DNA from: Candidatus Eiseniibacteriota bacterium
Lineage (GTDB): Bacteria > Eisenbacteria > RBG-16-71-46 > CAZEPH01
DNA: 64,000 nt
Direction of reading: 5' to 3'
Assembly: GCA_044229145.1 (NCBI GenBank)
Contig: JBGATO010000012.1
Coordinates: 1 to 64,000 of the forward strand
Shown piece by piece: positions 1-9,442 of the stretch. Below the pieces are notes generated by a model that saw only the letters and a list, made by a program, of their open reading frames with translations, was not told the DNA's origin and did no database searches. The first letter of the stretch is position 1, and each line of letters starts with the position of its first letter. Both the position numbers and the translations under genes were made by a program.

Positions 1-25
1 CCCCGGGAGCCTTGCGCTCCCGGGG
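1..25. terminator. Perfect 10-bp inverted repeat, probable terminator of a gene upstream of the window
   Basis: CCCCGGGAGC-cttgc-GCTCCCGGGG. Confidence 0.5.
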
Positions 26-277
26 CGTCGTGCAGTGGGCCGAACCGCGCGGCGCCGCGATCTGCCGCCAACCTCTACTTGACGCGCCGCCTTCCGGGGC
101 AGACGCTTAATCGTTACCGCGCGGGGAAACGCCCCGCCGGCCGCGGAGGGTCCGTCGTCGCGTCATCCTTCCGTGCGCGAGATCTCGCTCGAGCCCGCCG
201 GCTCGCGGCCGCGCACGCCGCGCCGATCGCCTCCCCTGAACCTCCGCCCACCCTGTCAGCCGCCGGGGACGCACCCG

Positions 278-1297
278 ATGAGTCGACTCACCTTCGCGCT
301 GATCGCGCTTGCCTATCTCGTCACCTACACGTTGAACGCGGTGGTGGCGAAGTCGTTCACCCAGGAAGGCCACATGAACTCCTGGGTCTATCTCGTCAAC
401 CAGACCATCGGCTCGGTCGCCGTGTGCTTCATCATCGCCGCCGTGCGCGGCTGGTTCGTCCACTTGCGCCGCGCCCGCGGCGGCGGTGCGCTCGTGTCGG
501 GCCTCGAACTCGCCGTCATCGTGCCGGCCGGCATCGCGCTCGCCATCATCATTCCGGCGACCACCTTCCTCATCATCCACGGCAAGACGGTGCTCGGCGT
601 GCTGCTCATCATGCGGGGCTTCGTCATCCTCGCCGGCCGCCTCATCGACGAAGTGCTCAAGTGGCAAGGGCTCAAGGTCAAGCGCGTCTCGTGGCAGGAA
701 AACCTGGCGATGGTGCTGGTGGCCGGCGCGCTGGCGATCCAAGTCTGCAAGCCATTCAGCGGGAAGCCGGTGACGTTGCTCGGCGCCGGCCTCACGACGG
801 ACGTGTTGCTGGTGCTCACGCTCTACGTCAGCTCGTACGCCCTGCGGCTCTACTGCATGAACTTGTACAAGGCGCGCAAAGGTGGCGCCTACGTCACCGC
901 CGACGCGCAAGGCTGGTTCGCCTGGGAGCAACTCGCGGCGACCACCGCGCTGGCGATCGGCTACGTCTACGCTGTCGGCCACCCCGCCGCCGCGACGCTG
1001 TTCGGCGGCGACCACACGCCGTCGTTCTCGCAACTCGACTTCGGCGCAATGGGGAGCGGCATCTGGTACGGCGTGTCCGCCGTGCTCGCCGTGATCATGC
1101 TGATGGTGCCCGCGCAGTCGGCGACGTTCGCCGTGGTGGCGAACCGCTCGATGTCGCTGATGGCAGGCATCCTCGCCACGGCGATCGCGCATGCGTGGCT
1201 CGGGACGTCGGCGGCGGGCCCGCACGACTGGGTGGCGCTGGTGGTGCTGGCGGTGGCGATGTGGTTGTTGGAGGTGGGGTCGCGGGGGAAGAAGTAG
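278..1297 (+). CDS. Polytopic membrane protein (~10 TM), DMT/EamA-like fold possible
   Basis: ATG at 278 (MSRLTFALIALAY...), repeated hydrophobic segments, high GC3 codon usage; family assignment is tentative. Confidence 0.7.
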   Translation: MSRLTFALIALAYLVTYTLNAVVAKSFTQEGHMNSWVYLVNQTIGSVAVCFIIAAVRGWFVHLRRARGGGALVSGLELAVIVPAGIALAIIIPATTFLIIHGKTVLGVLLIMRGFVILAGRLIDEVLKWQGLKVKRVSWQENLAMVLVAGALAIQVCKPFSGKPVTLLGAGLTTDVLLVLTLYVSSYALRLYCMNLYKARKGGAYVTADAQGWFAWEQLAATTALAIGYVYAVGHPAAATLFGGDHTPSFSQLDFGAMGSGIWYGVSAVLAVIMLMVPAQSATFAVVANRSMSLMAGILATAIAHAWLGTSAAGPHDWVALVVLAVAMWLLEVGSRGKK

Positions 1298-1302
1298 CGC
1301 CC

Positions 1303-2157
1303 CTACCAATCCCGCCGCTCGAACACCCACACCGCAGCCAAGAGCGGCACCACGGTCTCGACGATCAGCACGCACACGCCGAGCACGACGCCCATCGTCG
1401 TCCCCAACGTGTGCACCAACACCGCCGACGTCGGCCCGAACAACGCGCCGGCGCCGACCGCCATGGTGACGAGCACCCGCGCCAAGTCGACCGGATTGAG
1501 CAGCAACGCGGGCAACAGCACCGTCTGCAGGGACAGCCCATTGAGGATCGTCGTCGCGCCGAGCACCGCGAGGTCGTAGGCCACCACCATCAGCAACCAC
1601 AACCCGAGCGCCGCGGTCATCGCACGCAAGCGATCCGGCCACACGGCGGCGAGGAAGAGCGCCGTCGTGCACGACAACCAGCCGATCGCCAGCGACAGCG
1701 CGCACAACACGGCGAAGCCGCGCACGCCCTCGGCCCCGGCGCTGAGCGCCACCACCACGCCGCCGCCGCCAAAGCCGAGCAACTGCGCCACCGAGAACGC
1801 GACGCCGAGCCCGAGCACTTTTCCGCACAACACCTCGCGGCGCGACACCGGCTGCGCGAGCAAGAGCGACAAGCCTTCGTTGCCGGCGAGCGAGCCGACG
1901 CCGAGCAGCAATCCCGCCAGCGGCACCGTGAACAACACGAGGTTGAGCAACGACAACGTCAGTCGCGCGAAGGACTGGAAGCCGACCTCGCGCGATTGCG
2001 CCAGCCCGAAATACGACAGCCCGAGCACGAACAGCGCAAACACGGTCGCGAATCCGAAGAGCCAGCGGCTCTCGACGGCGCGGCGGAACTCTTCCTCGGC
2101 GAGCACCCAGACGCGAGGCCGCGTCGGCCAGCTGCGCATGACGGTGGTGGCGGTCAT
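1303..2157 (-). CDS. nosY: ABC transporter permease NosY
   Basis: ABC-2 permease pattern (LLLAQPVSRREVLCGK, LLNPVDLAR), last gene of nos cluster, ATGA overlap with upstream gene. Confidence 0.88.
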   Translation of the reverse strand: MTATTVMRSWPTRPRVWVLAEEEFRRAVESRWLFGFATVFALFVLGLSYFGLAQSREVGFQSFARLTLSLLNLVLFTVPLAGLLLGVGSLAGNEGLSLLLAQPVSRREVLCGKVLGLGVAFSVAQLLGFGGGGVVVALSAGAEGVRGFAVLCALSLAIGWLSCTTALFLAAVWPDRLRAMTAALGLWLLMVVAYDLAVLGATTILNGLSLQTVLLPALLLNPVDLARVLVTMAVGAGALFGPTSAVLVHTLGTTMGVVLGVCVLIVETVVPLLAAVWVFERRDW

Positions 2158-2567
2158 TGGTGACCCTCCTGCAAATGGGACCCGGTGACGACGAACCGGC
2201 CGGCTGGTTGGCCGTCCAGCATCCACGCAAAGTCGTCACCGGGACGGTCGGCGTGGAAGCGCACGACGGCACTGCCGTGCGCCGGCACATGCTGCACGCC
2301 GATCCGATCCGAATAGCCGGCGAGGTCCAGCGCGACTTCGGTGTCGCGCTGGTTGGCGAGCGTCAACGTGACGTCGCTGCCCGACGCCACACGCGCTTCG
2401 CTCACCCCGCGTGCGTCAACCACCACGCGTGCGGCGGCTTGTGGCGCCGCGGCGACGGCCTCGTGCGACACGGCGGCGCGATGCGGCATCCGCGCGTACA
2501 CGGCAAGCCCAGCACCTCCCACCGCGATCACCATGGCGAGCATTCCGTAGCGACGGGCGGCACTCAT
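2154..2567 (-). CDS. Membrane-anchored cupredoxin-like protein without obvious Cu ligands
   Basis: N-terminal TM, then VTLTLAN...SAVVRFHADRPG...GRFVV cupredoxin-like beta pattern; 4-nt overlaps with nosL and nosY. Confidence 0.7.
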   Translation of the reverse strand: MSAARRYGMLAMVIAVGGAGLAVYARMPHRAAVSHEAVAAAPQAAARVVVDARGVSEARVASGSDVTLTLANQRDTEVALDLAGYSDRIGVQHVPAHGSAVVRFHADRPGDDFAWMLDGQPAGRFVVTGSHLQEGHQ

Positions 2568-2989
2568 TGCGCGGCACTCCTTTCCGCGGCGACGAACGCG
2601 GTGACGCGATCGACGCGTCCCTGTGTCGTGCCGGCGAGATCGTCGGCGGCGTCGCGCGTGGCGAACGCCGCGTAGCCGCCTCCCATCGGCGTCGGGAAGT
2701 GGCCATGCACCACCCACAGCGAGTCGGCGCGGTGTAGGCCCTTCGAGTCGTAGTCGGCGAGGTAGAGCGTGGTCGGATCGGTGACGCGATCATCACGCAG
2801 CGCGCACTCGATCGAGTCGTAGACGTGCCAGGCATCGCCGCTGCGCGCCTCGCATGCGAGCGACAGATCGCTCGCCTGCATGCCGCACTTCACGCATGCG
2901 GTGTGCGGGTCGATGGCGGGTGGGCCCTCGGTCGACCGACAGCCCGCGAACGCGAGCGCCACCCACATCGCCAGCGCCAGCTTAGACAT
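2564..2989 (-). CDS. nosL: Copper chaperone lipoprotein NosL
   Basis: Lipobox FAGC, CxxCGM, YDSIEC, PTPMGGGYAAF motifs. Confidence 0.92.
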   Translation of the reverse strand: MSKLALAMWVALAFAGCRSTEGPPAIDPHTACVKCGMQASDLSLACEARSGDAWHVYDSIECALRDDRVTDPTTLYLADYDSKGLHRADSLWVVHGHFPTPMGGGYAAFATRDAADDLAGTTQGRVDRVTAFVAAERSAAQ

Positions 2990-3896
2990 GCGACACCTCC
3001 TCCTGCACGACGCGCAGGAATAGCTCCTCGAGCGTCGGCCGCGCGACCTCGAACGAGCGCACGGTGACGCCAGCGTCGCGCAGCGCGTCGAGCGCGTCGA
3101 CGTGACGTTCGGTTCCGGCGTCGAGCGACACCGCGTGGCCGTTCACGCGCGACACCGCAATGCCCTGCTGCGTCAGTACGCCGGCCGCGACGTCGGCGAC
3201 GCCGTCGGCGAACAGCAACACGAGCCGCGTGCTCGCCACCTGCCGGGTCTTGAGATCGTCGAGCCGCTCGATCGCCGCGGCGCGTCCGCCGACCAGAATC
3301 AGCGCGCGGTCCGCGATGCGTTCGACCTCGGAGAGCAGGTGCGAGCAGAGCAGGATCGTCTTGCCTTCGGTCTGCAGTTGTTGCACGAGGCGACGGAACT
3401 CCCACGAGGCGTGCGGGTCGAGGCTGGCGGTCGGTTCGTCGAGCACGAGCACGGCAGGATCGCCGAGCAGCGCTTGCGCGAGCGCGAGGCGCTGCACGTA
3501 GCCGCCCGAGAGCGCGCCGGCGGTGCGGGTCGCGTATGCCTCGAGGCCGACGCGCGCGATCGTGCGCTCGACCGCCGCCGCGTCCAGCCCGCGCAGCCGC
3601 GCGTGGAACACCAGCACGTCGCGCACCGTGCGCTCCGGCGCGAACTCGGCGCGCTGCGGCACGTAGCCGATCTCGCGCCGCGCCGCCGGCACACGCGGCG
3701 ACACACCATCGCGACCGAGCGCGATGCTGCCGCTGTCGGGCCGCACCAGTCCGAGGATCGCCTTGAGCGTCGTCGTCTTGCCGGCGCCGTTCGGGCCGAT
3801 GAGCGCGAACGTTTCGCCCGCGCGCACCTCGAACGACAGGCGATCCACGGCGGTGAAGCTACCGTAGCGCTTGGTCAATCCCTCGACGCGAATCAT
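2982..3896 (-). CDS. nosF: ABC transporter ATP-binding protein NosF
   Basis: Walker A GPNGAGKT, LSGG signature, Walker B LVLDEP; start MIRVEGL with ATGA overlap to nosD. Confidence 0.9.
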   Translation of the reverse strand: MIRVEGLTKRYGSFTAVDRLSFEVRAGETFALIGPNGAGKTTTLKAILGLVRPDSGSIALGRDGVSPRVPAARREIGYVPQRAEFAPERTVRDVLVFHARLRGLDAAAVERTIARVGLEAYATRTAGALSGGYVQRLALAQALLGDPAVLVLDEPTASLDPHASWEFRRLVQQLQTEGKTILLCSHLLSEVERIADRALILVGGRAAAIERLDDLKTRQVASTRLVLLFADGVADVAAGVLTQQGIAVSRVNGHAVSLDAGTERHVDALDALRDAGVTVRSFEVARPTLEELFLRVVQEEVSHV

Positions 3897-5431
3897 CGTG
3901 CCTCCTCCCGCGCCGCGCCGCGGCGCCACACACCCCAGAGTCCGAGCACCGCGGTCGCGGCGAACGCCACTGCCGCGCCCCACGCGGGCCGCGTCTCACC
4001 GCCGTGCCGCGTCGCGATGCGCGCACCGGAGCCGGCGGCCTCGGCGCGCAGCAATCCGCCGAGCGGTACCGGCGTCACCTGCGGCAAGCTGTCGACGATC
4101 TCGCTCGGCCTGAGCGCCGGGAACACACGCTCCGCCACGCCGAGCGCCGCCACCGCCGGCGACTTCGCCAGTAGCGACAAATCGGGAAACTCCTTCGACA
4201 GGAAGGCGAACGCGGTGACCGGCCCGAACGGCGCGTCGCTCACGCCGTTGGCATCGAGGTCGAACGGTTCGTTCTCGGTCCAGTAGTTGCCACCGCTCGC
4301 GTCGCTGAACGCGTTGTCGCTGTAGCGCATGTCGAGCGCCACCGGATAGTCGTTGCCGACGAAATTGTTCCGCACGAACCGGTTTCCCGCACACGACGAG
4401 AACAGCAGAATCCCCCAGCCGTTCTCCTGCAGCAGGTTGTCGTGCATCCAGTTTCGATTCGAGCCGTCCATGAAGAAGGCGATGGTGTTGTTGAGCAGGC
4501 GATTGCCGACGAACTCGCCGTCGCTGCAATCGCGCAGCAGCATGCCGTAGGTGCGCGGCCCGCGATTGTCGAGGAAGTCGCACTGTCGCACTTCGAGATG
4601 GTTGGAGAACATCAACGCCGACCCAGCGACGTTGCGCGTGAACAGGTCGTGCAGCAGTTGGTTCTCCTGACAGTACATCGTGTGCAGCCCATAGCGGCCG
4701 TTCTCGTACAGCGTGCAGTGCGAGACGACCGCGTGCTGCACGAACGAGAGGTAGATGGCGTCGAGGAAACGCGTCGCGGTGACACGCTCGATGCGGACGC
4801 CGTCGCAGTACCACAGGTGGATGCCGTTGCCGGCGCCGAGTTCATCGCCGGGTTGCACGTTGCCGGCGAGTTGCGAGTCCTCGACCCGCAGGCCGTTGGC
4901 GCGCTCGGCGTAGACGCCGTAGCGTACGTGGTCCTCGCGCAGTTCGCGCAGCAGCACGTCCGACGCGAGCAAGATCTTGATGCCGGAGTCCACGGTGACG
5001 AGCCGCGATCCGCTGCCGCGCACCGTGAGGTGCTCGACGCGGGTGCCGGAGGCAAGGATCTCGAGCACGGTGCCGGTGCCGCCGCCGTCGAGCACCGCTC
5101 CGTCGGCGCCGCGCAGCACGACGGGCGTCGTGATGCGCAGGTGCTCGCGGTGCACGCCGGAGGCAAACAGCAACGTGTCGCCGGACTGCGCGACGGCCGC
5201 CGCCGCCGCACCCGCGCCGTCGGTCGCGGGAACCAAGAGAGTCCGAGCCGCAGCGCCCACCGCGCCCGCCGCCACCATCACGGCTGCGGCCACGAGAGCG
5301 GCACACACCGGGAGACGCACGGCATGGCGGCGCCCGCGTGCCAGGGTCGTCGCTCCGTCACGCTGGCGAACAGAGGAGACCGCACGAGGACTGCACGCGA
5401 GACGCACGCAGCGGAACGCGGTGGGACGCAT
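3893..5431 (-). CDS. nosD: Nitrous oxide reductase maturation protein NosD
   Basis: Beta-helix repeats, GNGIHLW, RYGLHTMY, GNYW..., DGVSDAPF; GGAG RBS before ATG 5431. Confidence 0.92.
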   Translation of the reverse strand: MRPTAFRCVRLACSPRAVSSVRQRDGATTLARGRRHAVRLPVCAALVAAAVMVAAGAVGAAARTLLVPATDGAGAAAAAVAQSGDTLLFASGVHREHLRITTPVVLRGADGAVLDGGGTGTVLEILASGTRVEHLTVRGSGSRLVTVDSGIKILLASDVLLRELREDHVRYGVYAERANGLRVEDSQLAGNVQPGDELGAGNGIHLWYCDGVRIERVTATRFLDAIYLSFVQHAVVSHCTLYENGRYGLHTMYCQENQLLHDLFTRNVAGSALMFSNHLEVRQCDFLDNRGPRTYGMLLRDCSDGEFVGNRLLNNTIAFFMDGSNRNWMHDNLLQENGWGILLFSSCAGNRFVRNNFVGNDYPVALDMRYSDNAFSDASGGNYWTENEPFDLDANGVSDAPFGPVTAFAFLSKEFPDLSLLAKSPAVAALGVAERVFPALRPSEIVDSLPQVTPVPLGGLLRAEAAGSGARIATRHGGETRPAWGAAVAFAATAVLGLWGVWRRGAAREEAR

Positions 5432-5441
5432 GGCCGGCTCC

Positions 5442-6068
5442 CTAGCTCACCGCCGCCACGGGGGCGGGCGACGTCGCCTTGCGCGACGTAAAGCGCTCAC
5501 GCAGGAACACGATTGGACCGAGTGCCCACGCCACGAGCAGCAGCCACGTGCCGACGCCCGGCATGCTGAGGACGCGGAAGTTCGCCATTTGCTTGAGGCC
5601 GATGAACGGCGGCGTGAACGCCGGCAGCGTGATCGGCGCGTGCGGGTCGAGGTCGTGCCCGTAGTGCCACAGCCACGTCGCGTAGTCGCGGAACATGTAG
5701 CCGGCGAACGCGGTGAACGCGATCCACCCGAGCACCGCCACCCAGCGGCGATTGATCAGCGCGCCGAGCAGCGCCGCCACGCCGAACGCGGTGAGCGCCT
5801 GCGGCAGGTAATGGAATTCGCGGAAGTCGTCCGGCGTGATCGCATGCATGCCGACGTAGTGGTTGAGCGTGTTGATGCTTTGCAGATCGCCGCGAATCGT
5901 GTTGGCGAAGATTTGCAGCGTGAGGCCTTCGTTGTATTGCGGCGCCCACAGCTTCATCGTCCAGATCGGCAGCACAGGCAGGAAGAACACCGGCAAGAGC
6001 ACCAGAGCCGCCAGCACGATCAGCGTGCGTTCGGTGCGGCGAAAGCTTCCGGTGAGGTATTGCGTCAT
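5442..6068 (-). CDS. nosB: Clade II nos membrane protein (NosB-type)
   Basis: APQYNEGL...INTLNHYVGM motif and 4 TM segments, directly downstream of nosZ as in clade II clusters. Confidence 0.8.
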   Translation of the reverse strand: MTQYLTGSFRRTERTLIVLAALVLLPVFFLPVLPIWTMKLWAPQYNEGLTLQIFANTIRGDLQSINTLNHYVGMHAITPDDFREFHYLPQALTAFGVAALLGALINRRWVAVLGWIAFTAFAGYMFRDYATWLWHYGHDLDPHAPITLPAFTPPFIGLKQMANFRVLSMPGVGTWLLLVAWALGPIVFLRERFTSRKATSPAPVAAVS

Positions 6069-6104
6069 CGTCGTCTCCTCGAGGCAGTGTCGTGGTGCGC
6101 CCGC

Positions 6105-6135
6105 CGCCGGCCCGCGCCTCGTTCGCGGGCCGGCG
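6105..6135. terminator. 12-bp GC-rich stem-loop between nosZ and nosB (partial terminator or mRNA stabiliser)
   Basis: CGCCGGCCCGCG-cctcgtt-CGCGGGCCGGCG. Confidence 0.55.
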
Positions 6136-6147
6136 AGCGGGGAAGTG

Positions 6148-8106
6148 CTAGCGTCCGCGTGATGCGACGGACACCGGGCCCGGCTTGTGGTTCATCAGCG
6201 TCGCCACCGCGTCGATCGACTTCTGATCCGGCGATTGCACGCGGGCGATGCCGGCGGCAGTCGGCGCCACCTCGATGTAGCCCTGCATCTCCTGGTGCAA
6301 CGCGCTACAGAAGTTCGAGCAGTAGAACGGCACGATGCCGGCCTTCTGGGCGACCCACTTGAGCGTCTTGGTTTCGCCTGGCTCGACCTGCATGTCCTGC
6401 GACGACCACAGCACACCGAAGCCGTGCGTGATGTCCTCGTCCTGCTCGACGTTGGTGACGTGGAAGTACACAGTGTCGCCGGCCGCGACGTGGAACTTGT
6501 CCGGCGTGAAGTGCGAGCGAATCGCCAGCACGTAGGCGTCCACGCGATGCGGACCCTTGCGCACGACCTTGGCGTCTTCCGGCTTCTTCACCGCGTACGG
6601 CGAGTTGTTGGCGGCCAGGTCGTAGACCTTGAGCGGCTTGACCTTGTCGGCCTTGATGATCTGGCCGTAGTGCGGCTCCGGGTAGGTCGGGAAGTCGTAG
6701 AGCATCTGCATCTTCTGCCCCTTGATCCCGATCAACTGCGCCGCCTCGGGGTGCGAGGGGCCCACCGGCAGGTAGCGGTCCTTGGCGATCTTGTCGAGCG
6801 CGACGAGGAACTCGCCGGTCGGGTGCTTGGTGTCGCCTTCGCTCGCGGTGAGGTGACCGATCGAGTAGTAGACGTCGATCTTGTCGACCACGTTCCACGG
6901 CTTGCCGACCTTCCACTTCGCCACCTGCGAGTCGAGGAACAGCGACGTGTAGGCGTAGCCCTTGTCGTCGAACTGCGTGTGCAACGGGCCGAGGCCCACC
7001 GGCACCTTCGCCTCGAGCACCTCTTCGTACTTGAGGACCGGAATCCCGCCCTTGTCGCCGTCGAAGTGCTTGGCGGAAATCGCCGCCGACATCTTGGCGT
7101 AGCTGAACACGCTGACTTCCGCCTGCAGCTTGCCGCTGGCGCAGATGTATTCGCCGGTCGGGTTGACGTCGACGCCGTGCGGCGACTTCGGCACCGGAAT
7201 CAGGTACATGATGCCCGGCACCTTCTGCGGGTCGAGCACCGGCGCGCCGTTGATCTTGTCGGCCTTGCCGGCGTCCACCGCGGCCTGCGCCGCCTTCCAG
7301 TTCACCGCGCCGATGTAGTCGAACTCCGCCTGCGACGCCTTCACCTCGAGCGAGTCGTACGCCATCTCGCTGTTGTAGCAGGTGAAGAACTCCCACTCGT
7401 GCGACGGGCCCTTGCCGGCGTCGGCCTTGTCCCAGTCGAACGGCGGCGTCTTGATCTCGAACCCGAGCGTCATGTGACCCGACTTCGGGTCCACCTTCAC
7501 GCCGGCGATCACGCCGTTGAACGTCTCCTTGTACGACTCGATCTTCACCACCGGCTTGACGAACGGGTAGCTGAAGCGCGACGCCGCGAACACGTACTCG
7601 GTGTTCTCGGTCGGGAACGGACAGGCGTGCGCCGCCGAGAGGTTCGGGATCGGACCGAAGATCTCGTGCGTCGTGAAGTCGCTCAGGTCGACGCGCGCGA
7701 TACGGGCGTTCGGCATGTCGTTGATGAACAGCCAGCGGCCGTCGTAGTCGCCGTTGGTCTCGGACAGACCCGGGTGGTGTGCGTCGCCCCAGGTGAAGCC
7801 GCCCAACATCGCCTTCGACTCTTCATCGACGCCGTAGCCGCGCGCCGGCTCCGGCGTGAACACCGGAATGGTGGTGATGTGGCGGCACGACGGCAGGCCG
7901 TACACCCAGATCTGTCCCGAGTGACCGCCGGACAGGAAGGCGTAGTAGGTGTCGTGTTCGCCTGGCTTGACGTAGGTCTGCTGCGCGGCGTCGCCGGCGA
8001 TGGCGCCACCGGCGCCACCCTTCTTGGCGCCGGCGCAACCGCCTGCATGCAAGGCGGCGGCGGCGAGTCCTGTCGCGAGCAGGCCTCCGATGATCCAACG
8101 CTTCAT
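6148..8106 (-). CDS. nosZ: Sec-dependent (clade II) nitrous-oxide reductase
   Basis: CuZ histidines in DAHH, SAAH, SPHG, GPLH, SIGH, EPH; CuA motif THGF...CSNFCSALHQEM; short non-Tat leader ending AGGC. Confidence 0.97.
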   Translation of the reverse strand: MKRWIIGGLLATGLAAAALHAGGCAGAKKGGAGGAIAGDAAQQTYVKPGEHDTYYAFLSGGHSGQIWVYGLPSCRHITTIPVFTPEPARGYGVDEESKAMLGGFTWGDAHHPGLSETNGDYDGRWLFINDMPNARIARVDLSDFTTHEIFGPIPNLSAAHACPFPTENTEYVFAASRFSYPFVKPVVKIESYKETFNGVIAGVKVDPKSGHMTLGFEIKTPPFDWDKADAGKGPSHEWEFFTCYNSEMAYDSLEVKASQAEFDYIGAVNWKAAQAAVDAGKADKINGAPVLDPQKVPGIMYLIPVPKSPHGVDVNPTGEYICASGKLQAEVSVFSYAKMSAAISAKHFDGDKGGIPVLKYEEVLEAKVPVGLGPLHTQFDDKGYAYTSLFLDSQVAKWKVGKPWNVVDKIDVYYSIGHLTASEGDTKHPTGEFLVALDKIAKDRYLPVGPSHPEAAQLIGIKGQKMQMLYDFPTYPEPHYGQIIKADKVKPLKVYDLAANNSPYAVKKPEDAKVVRKGPHRVDAYVLAIRSHFTPDKFHVAAGDTVYFHVTNVEQDEDITHGFGVLWSSQDMQVEPGETKTLKWVAQKAGIVPFYCSNFCSALHQEMQGYIEVAPTAAGIARVQSPDQKSIDAVATLMNHKPGPVSVASRGR

Positions 8107-8145
8107 GGCATCCTCCGAATGCGTGGGGGGTGAAGGGCGCGGCGG

Positions 8146-8628
8146 TTACTTCGCCGCGCCGAGGGTGGTGTCTTGCAAGCGCAGGTAGTCGATCAACTGC
8201 GCCACTTCCTCCGGCGTCAGGTGCAGGTTCGGCATCTGAGTCGGGAACTCCGCGAGCAACTGCCGCGCGATCGGGTCGGTCTTCTGCATCTCGTCCGGCG
8301 CGGCGAGCCAATGGGTGAGCCACGCCTCGGTGCGGCGCGCGGTCACGCCCTTGAGGTCCGGGCCTGTCATGCGCTGGCCGAAGCCGTGACACGCGCTGCA
8401 CCCTTTCGCGGCGAAGAGTGCCTTGCCCTTCTCCGCCTTTTCGTGGTCGGCGGCGACGCTGTTGGCGCGCGGTCCGCTGTCGTACTGCGAGGTCGTCGCG
8501 ACGCTGCCGCCGCCGGCGTTGGCGTCCGCGCTCGGCGTGGACTCCGACTTCGACGATTGGCAGCCGGCGGCCACGGTGAGCACGACGAGTCCGGCGGCAA
8601 GCGTGAGGGTGAGTGTGCGAACGGTCAT
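8146..8628 (-). CDS. Monoheme cytochrome c lipoprotein (NosC-like electron donor)
   Basis: AGGAG RBS, lipobox AAGC, CSACH heme motif, GPDL, distal Met in MPNL. Confidence 0.9.
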   Translation of the reverse strand: MTVRTLTLTLAAGLVVLTVAAGCQSSKSESTPSADANAGGGSVATTSQYDSGPRANSVAADHEKAEKGKALFAAKGCSACHGFGQRMTGPDLKGVTARRTEAWLTHWLAAPDEMQKTDPIARQLLAEFPTQMPNLHLTPEEVAQLIDYLRLQDTTLGAAK

Positions 8629-8651
8629 GGCGGTCTCCTGAGTACGGTCGG

Positions 8652-9224
8652 TCACTGGCAATGGGAATTGGGTGAGCGGCGCGGCGTGTGCGGCGCCGAC
8701 GTGTGGACGCCGCCCGCACGCGAGCCGGCTCCACGGGACGGCCGGTGCGGCGGGCGGCTGGCGAGCGCCAATTCCTCGGCGGTGAGAACTCGCTCCAGCA
8801 CGCGGTAGAGGGCGGCTTCTTCCTTGCGCATGTGAATGCGCAGCAGGTCGATGAGGTCGCGACCGACGACGCGCAATTGTTCGTCGCGCCAGTCGCTGGA
8901 GCGCTCGGTCACGAGGGCGGCGAGCGTGTGGATCATCGCGGCGAGGTCTCCGTGCTCGCCGCGCTGGGCGAGCAGGAGCGGGGAGGCTTCGGGCAGCGTT
9001 TCGCGCACTAGCGGGAAGACCGTGCTGTGCTCCAAGGCCACCGAATGCGCGAATCCGACCTCGATCGCGGTGAGTGCCTGACGCACCGCCATGAGCGTGT
9101 CGGTGCGCGCGGCGGCATCCGCGGTGGCGGCGAGCCGGGCGAGCCGGCGCTCGAGCGCGTCGACCTGCACCGACACGTCGTCGTGCGCCTGACGGACCTT
9201 CTGCAGAATGCTGATCGGCGTCAT
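8652..9224 (-). CDS. Hemerythrin (HHE) domain protein
   Basis: H...HSVALE..VFP...EH...HMRKEE..LY hemerythrin pattern, all-helical. Confidence 0.8.
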   Translation of the reverse strand: MTPISILQKVRQAHDDVSVQVDALERRLARLAATADAAARTDTLMAVRQALTAIEVGFAHSVALEHSTVFPLVRETLPEASPLLLAQRGEHGDLAAMIHTLAALVTERSSDWRDEQLRVVGRDLIDLLRIHMRKEEAALYRVLERVLTAEELALASRPPHRPSRGAGSRAGGVHTSAPHTPRRSPNSHCQ

Positions 9225-9336
9225 CGTCTCGCTCGTCCCTGGCGGGAGCGCCCCATGCGCTCCCTCGCGTCGTATGAACTATCGCCCTCCGCGCGGGGGA
9301 ACCGAGATGACGCCGGACAGCCTCGCTGCACGATTC

Positions 9337-9352
9337 CGCGATTTGCATCACG
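9337..9352. promoter_or_regulatory. Candidate Crp/Fnr-family binding site 1
   Basis: CGCGA-N6-TCACG, resembling TGTGA-N6-TCACA, in the divergent nos/crp intergenic region. Confidence 0.45.
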
Positions 9353-9402
9353 CCCGCAGACGGCTGCGCGACAAGCGGTTGGACGGATCGACCGGAGATG
9401 CC

Positions 9403-9418
9403 TATGATCTGCGTCATA
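9403..9418. promoter_or_regulatory. Candidate Crp/Fnr-family binding site 2
   Basis: Perfect palindrome TATGA-N6-TCATA ~25 bp upstream of the regulator start. Confidence 0.6.
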
Positions 9419-9442
9419 CAGGCGGACGCGAGGAGGGGCCCG

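Noticed and set aside
79..2290. Long overlapping ORFs 79..2163 (+) and 107..2290 (-)
   Set aside because: Arg/Ala/Gly-rich off-frame translations overlapping real genes
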